Source: an uncultured virus (IMG/VR IMGVR_UViG_3300031949_000026) (Duplodnaviria > Heunggongvirae > Uroviricota > Caudoviricetes). Taken from it: DNA of 64,000 bases. The stretch lies in IMG/VR virus record IMGVR_UViG_3300031949_000026. One strand, given 5' to 3'. Made by a program: the position numbers and the translations under genes. Positions 63,556 through 64,000 of the stretch are shown one piece after another (positions within the stretch are counted from its first letter, which is position 1; the number at the start of each line of letters is the position of its first letter). The notes under the pieces are model-generated. The model ran no database searches. It was not told the DNA's origin and saw only the letters and a list, made by a program, of their open reading frames with translations.

Positions 63556-64000
63556 CGGACCGGCGCGACGTCGATCTTGGAGAGATCGACATCACCGAAC
63601 TCCTTCTCCTCGTTGAACTTCCGAGCCCGCAAGAGGACGCCGGGGAAGCCCGGCGCGTCCTCCCGAAGATCCTGGATTCTCATGTCGGCAAAGATCCGAA
63701 GAAAATCCGGAACCGTGAAACGCCAGTAGTCGTGCGGATACCCGTGGTACGGGAAGCCGGGACCCCGTGTGGTCACGACGAGCAGACCGCCCGGCGCGGT
63801 CATCTCCTTCATCACGCGAACAGCGGTGCGCCAGTCCTCGGCGTGCTCCAGCATCTCGGTTGAGATCACGACGTCGAAGGGCTCGGGAAAGGCTTCAGGA
63901 ATGCGCTCAACCGAGAGGACGACATCGACGCCCTTCCCCGGCGTCATATCAACGCCGGTCCAGGACGCGGGACCGTGGCCCGCGAGTGCATCCCGCGGAG
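63552..64000 (-). CDS. class I SAM-dependent methyltransferase, 5'-partial
   Basis: frame open to the edge; TGVD..GKGVD, FDVVISTEMLEH, HGYPHDYWRFT. Confidence 0.85.
   Translation of the reverse strand, partial: PRDALAGHGPASWTGVDMTPGKGVDVVLSVERIPEAFPEPFDVVISTEMLEHAEDWRTAVRVMKEMTAPGGLLVVTTRGPGFPYHGYPHDYWRFTVPDFLRIFADMRIQDLREDAPGFPGVLLRARKFNEEKEFGDVDLSKIDVAPVR

Overview
High-GC, gene-dense window that reads as part of a large bacterial virus genome with two converging arms. The + arm (about 0.2-40.1 kb) carries a DinG/XPD-like and an XPB-like helicase, an SSB-like protein, a primase/SF3-helicase followed by an iteron-bearing inverted-repeat origin candidate, a glycosyltransferase cluster, ThyX, an exoribonuclease, lipid-modifying enzymes, an atypical tRNA and many small hypothetical genes. 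The - arm (about 61.6-40.1 kb) is a virion-like operon. In it I could not recognise a terminase, portal, HK97 capsid, tape measure or integrase. It instead has beta-rich jelly-roll-like capsid candidates, many membrane-anchored proteins, an Arg-rich core protein and a ~900-aa mosaic protein. The main candidate novel system is a transglutaminase-fold (Cys-His-Asp) protein heading this operon, together with two short motifs (G-[LM]-G and x-N-P) that recur at apparent domain boundaries in more than ten of its proteins. This suggests proteolytic maturation or polyprotein processing in a large tailless, probably membrane-containing virus. Other notable items are a capsid-candidate paralogue among the early genes, a terminator-gated late operon with a Com-like zinc finger, and a repeat-delimited mini-cassette array. 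All family calls come from motif recognition by eye; no searches were run.
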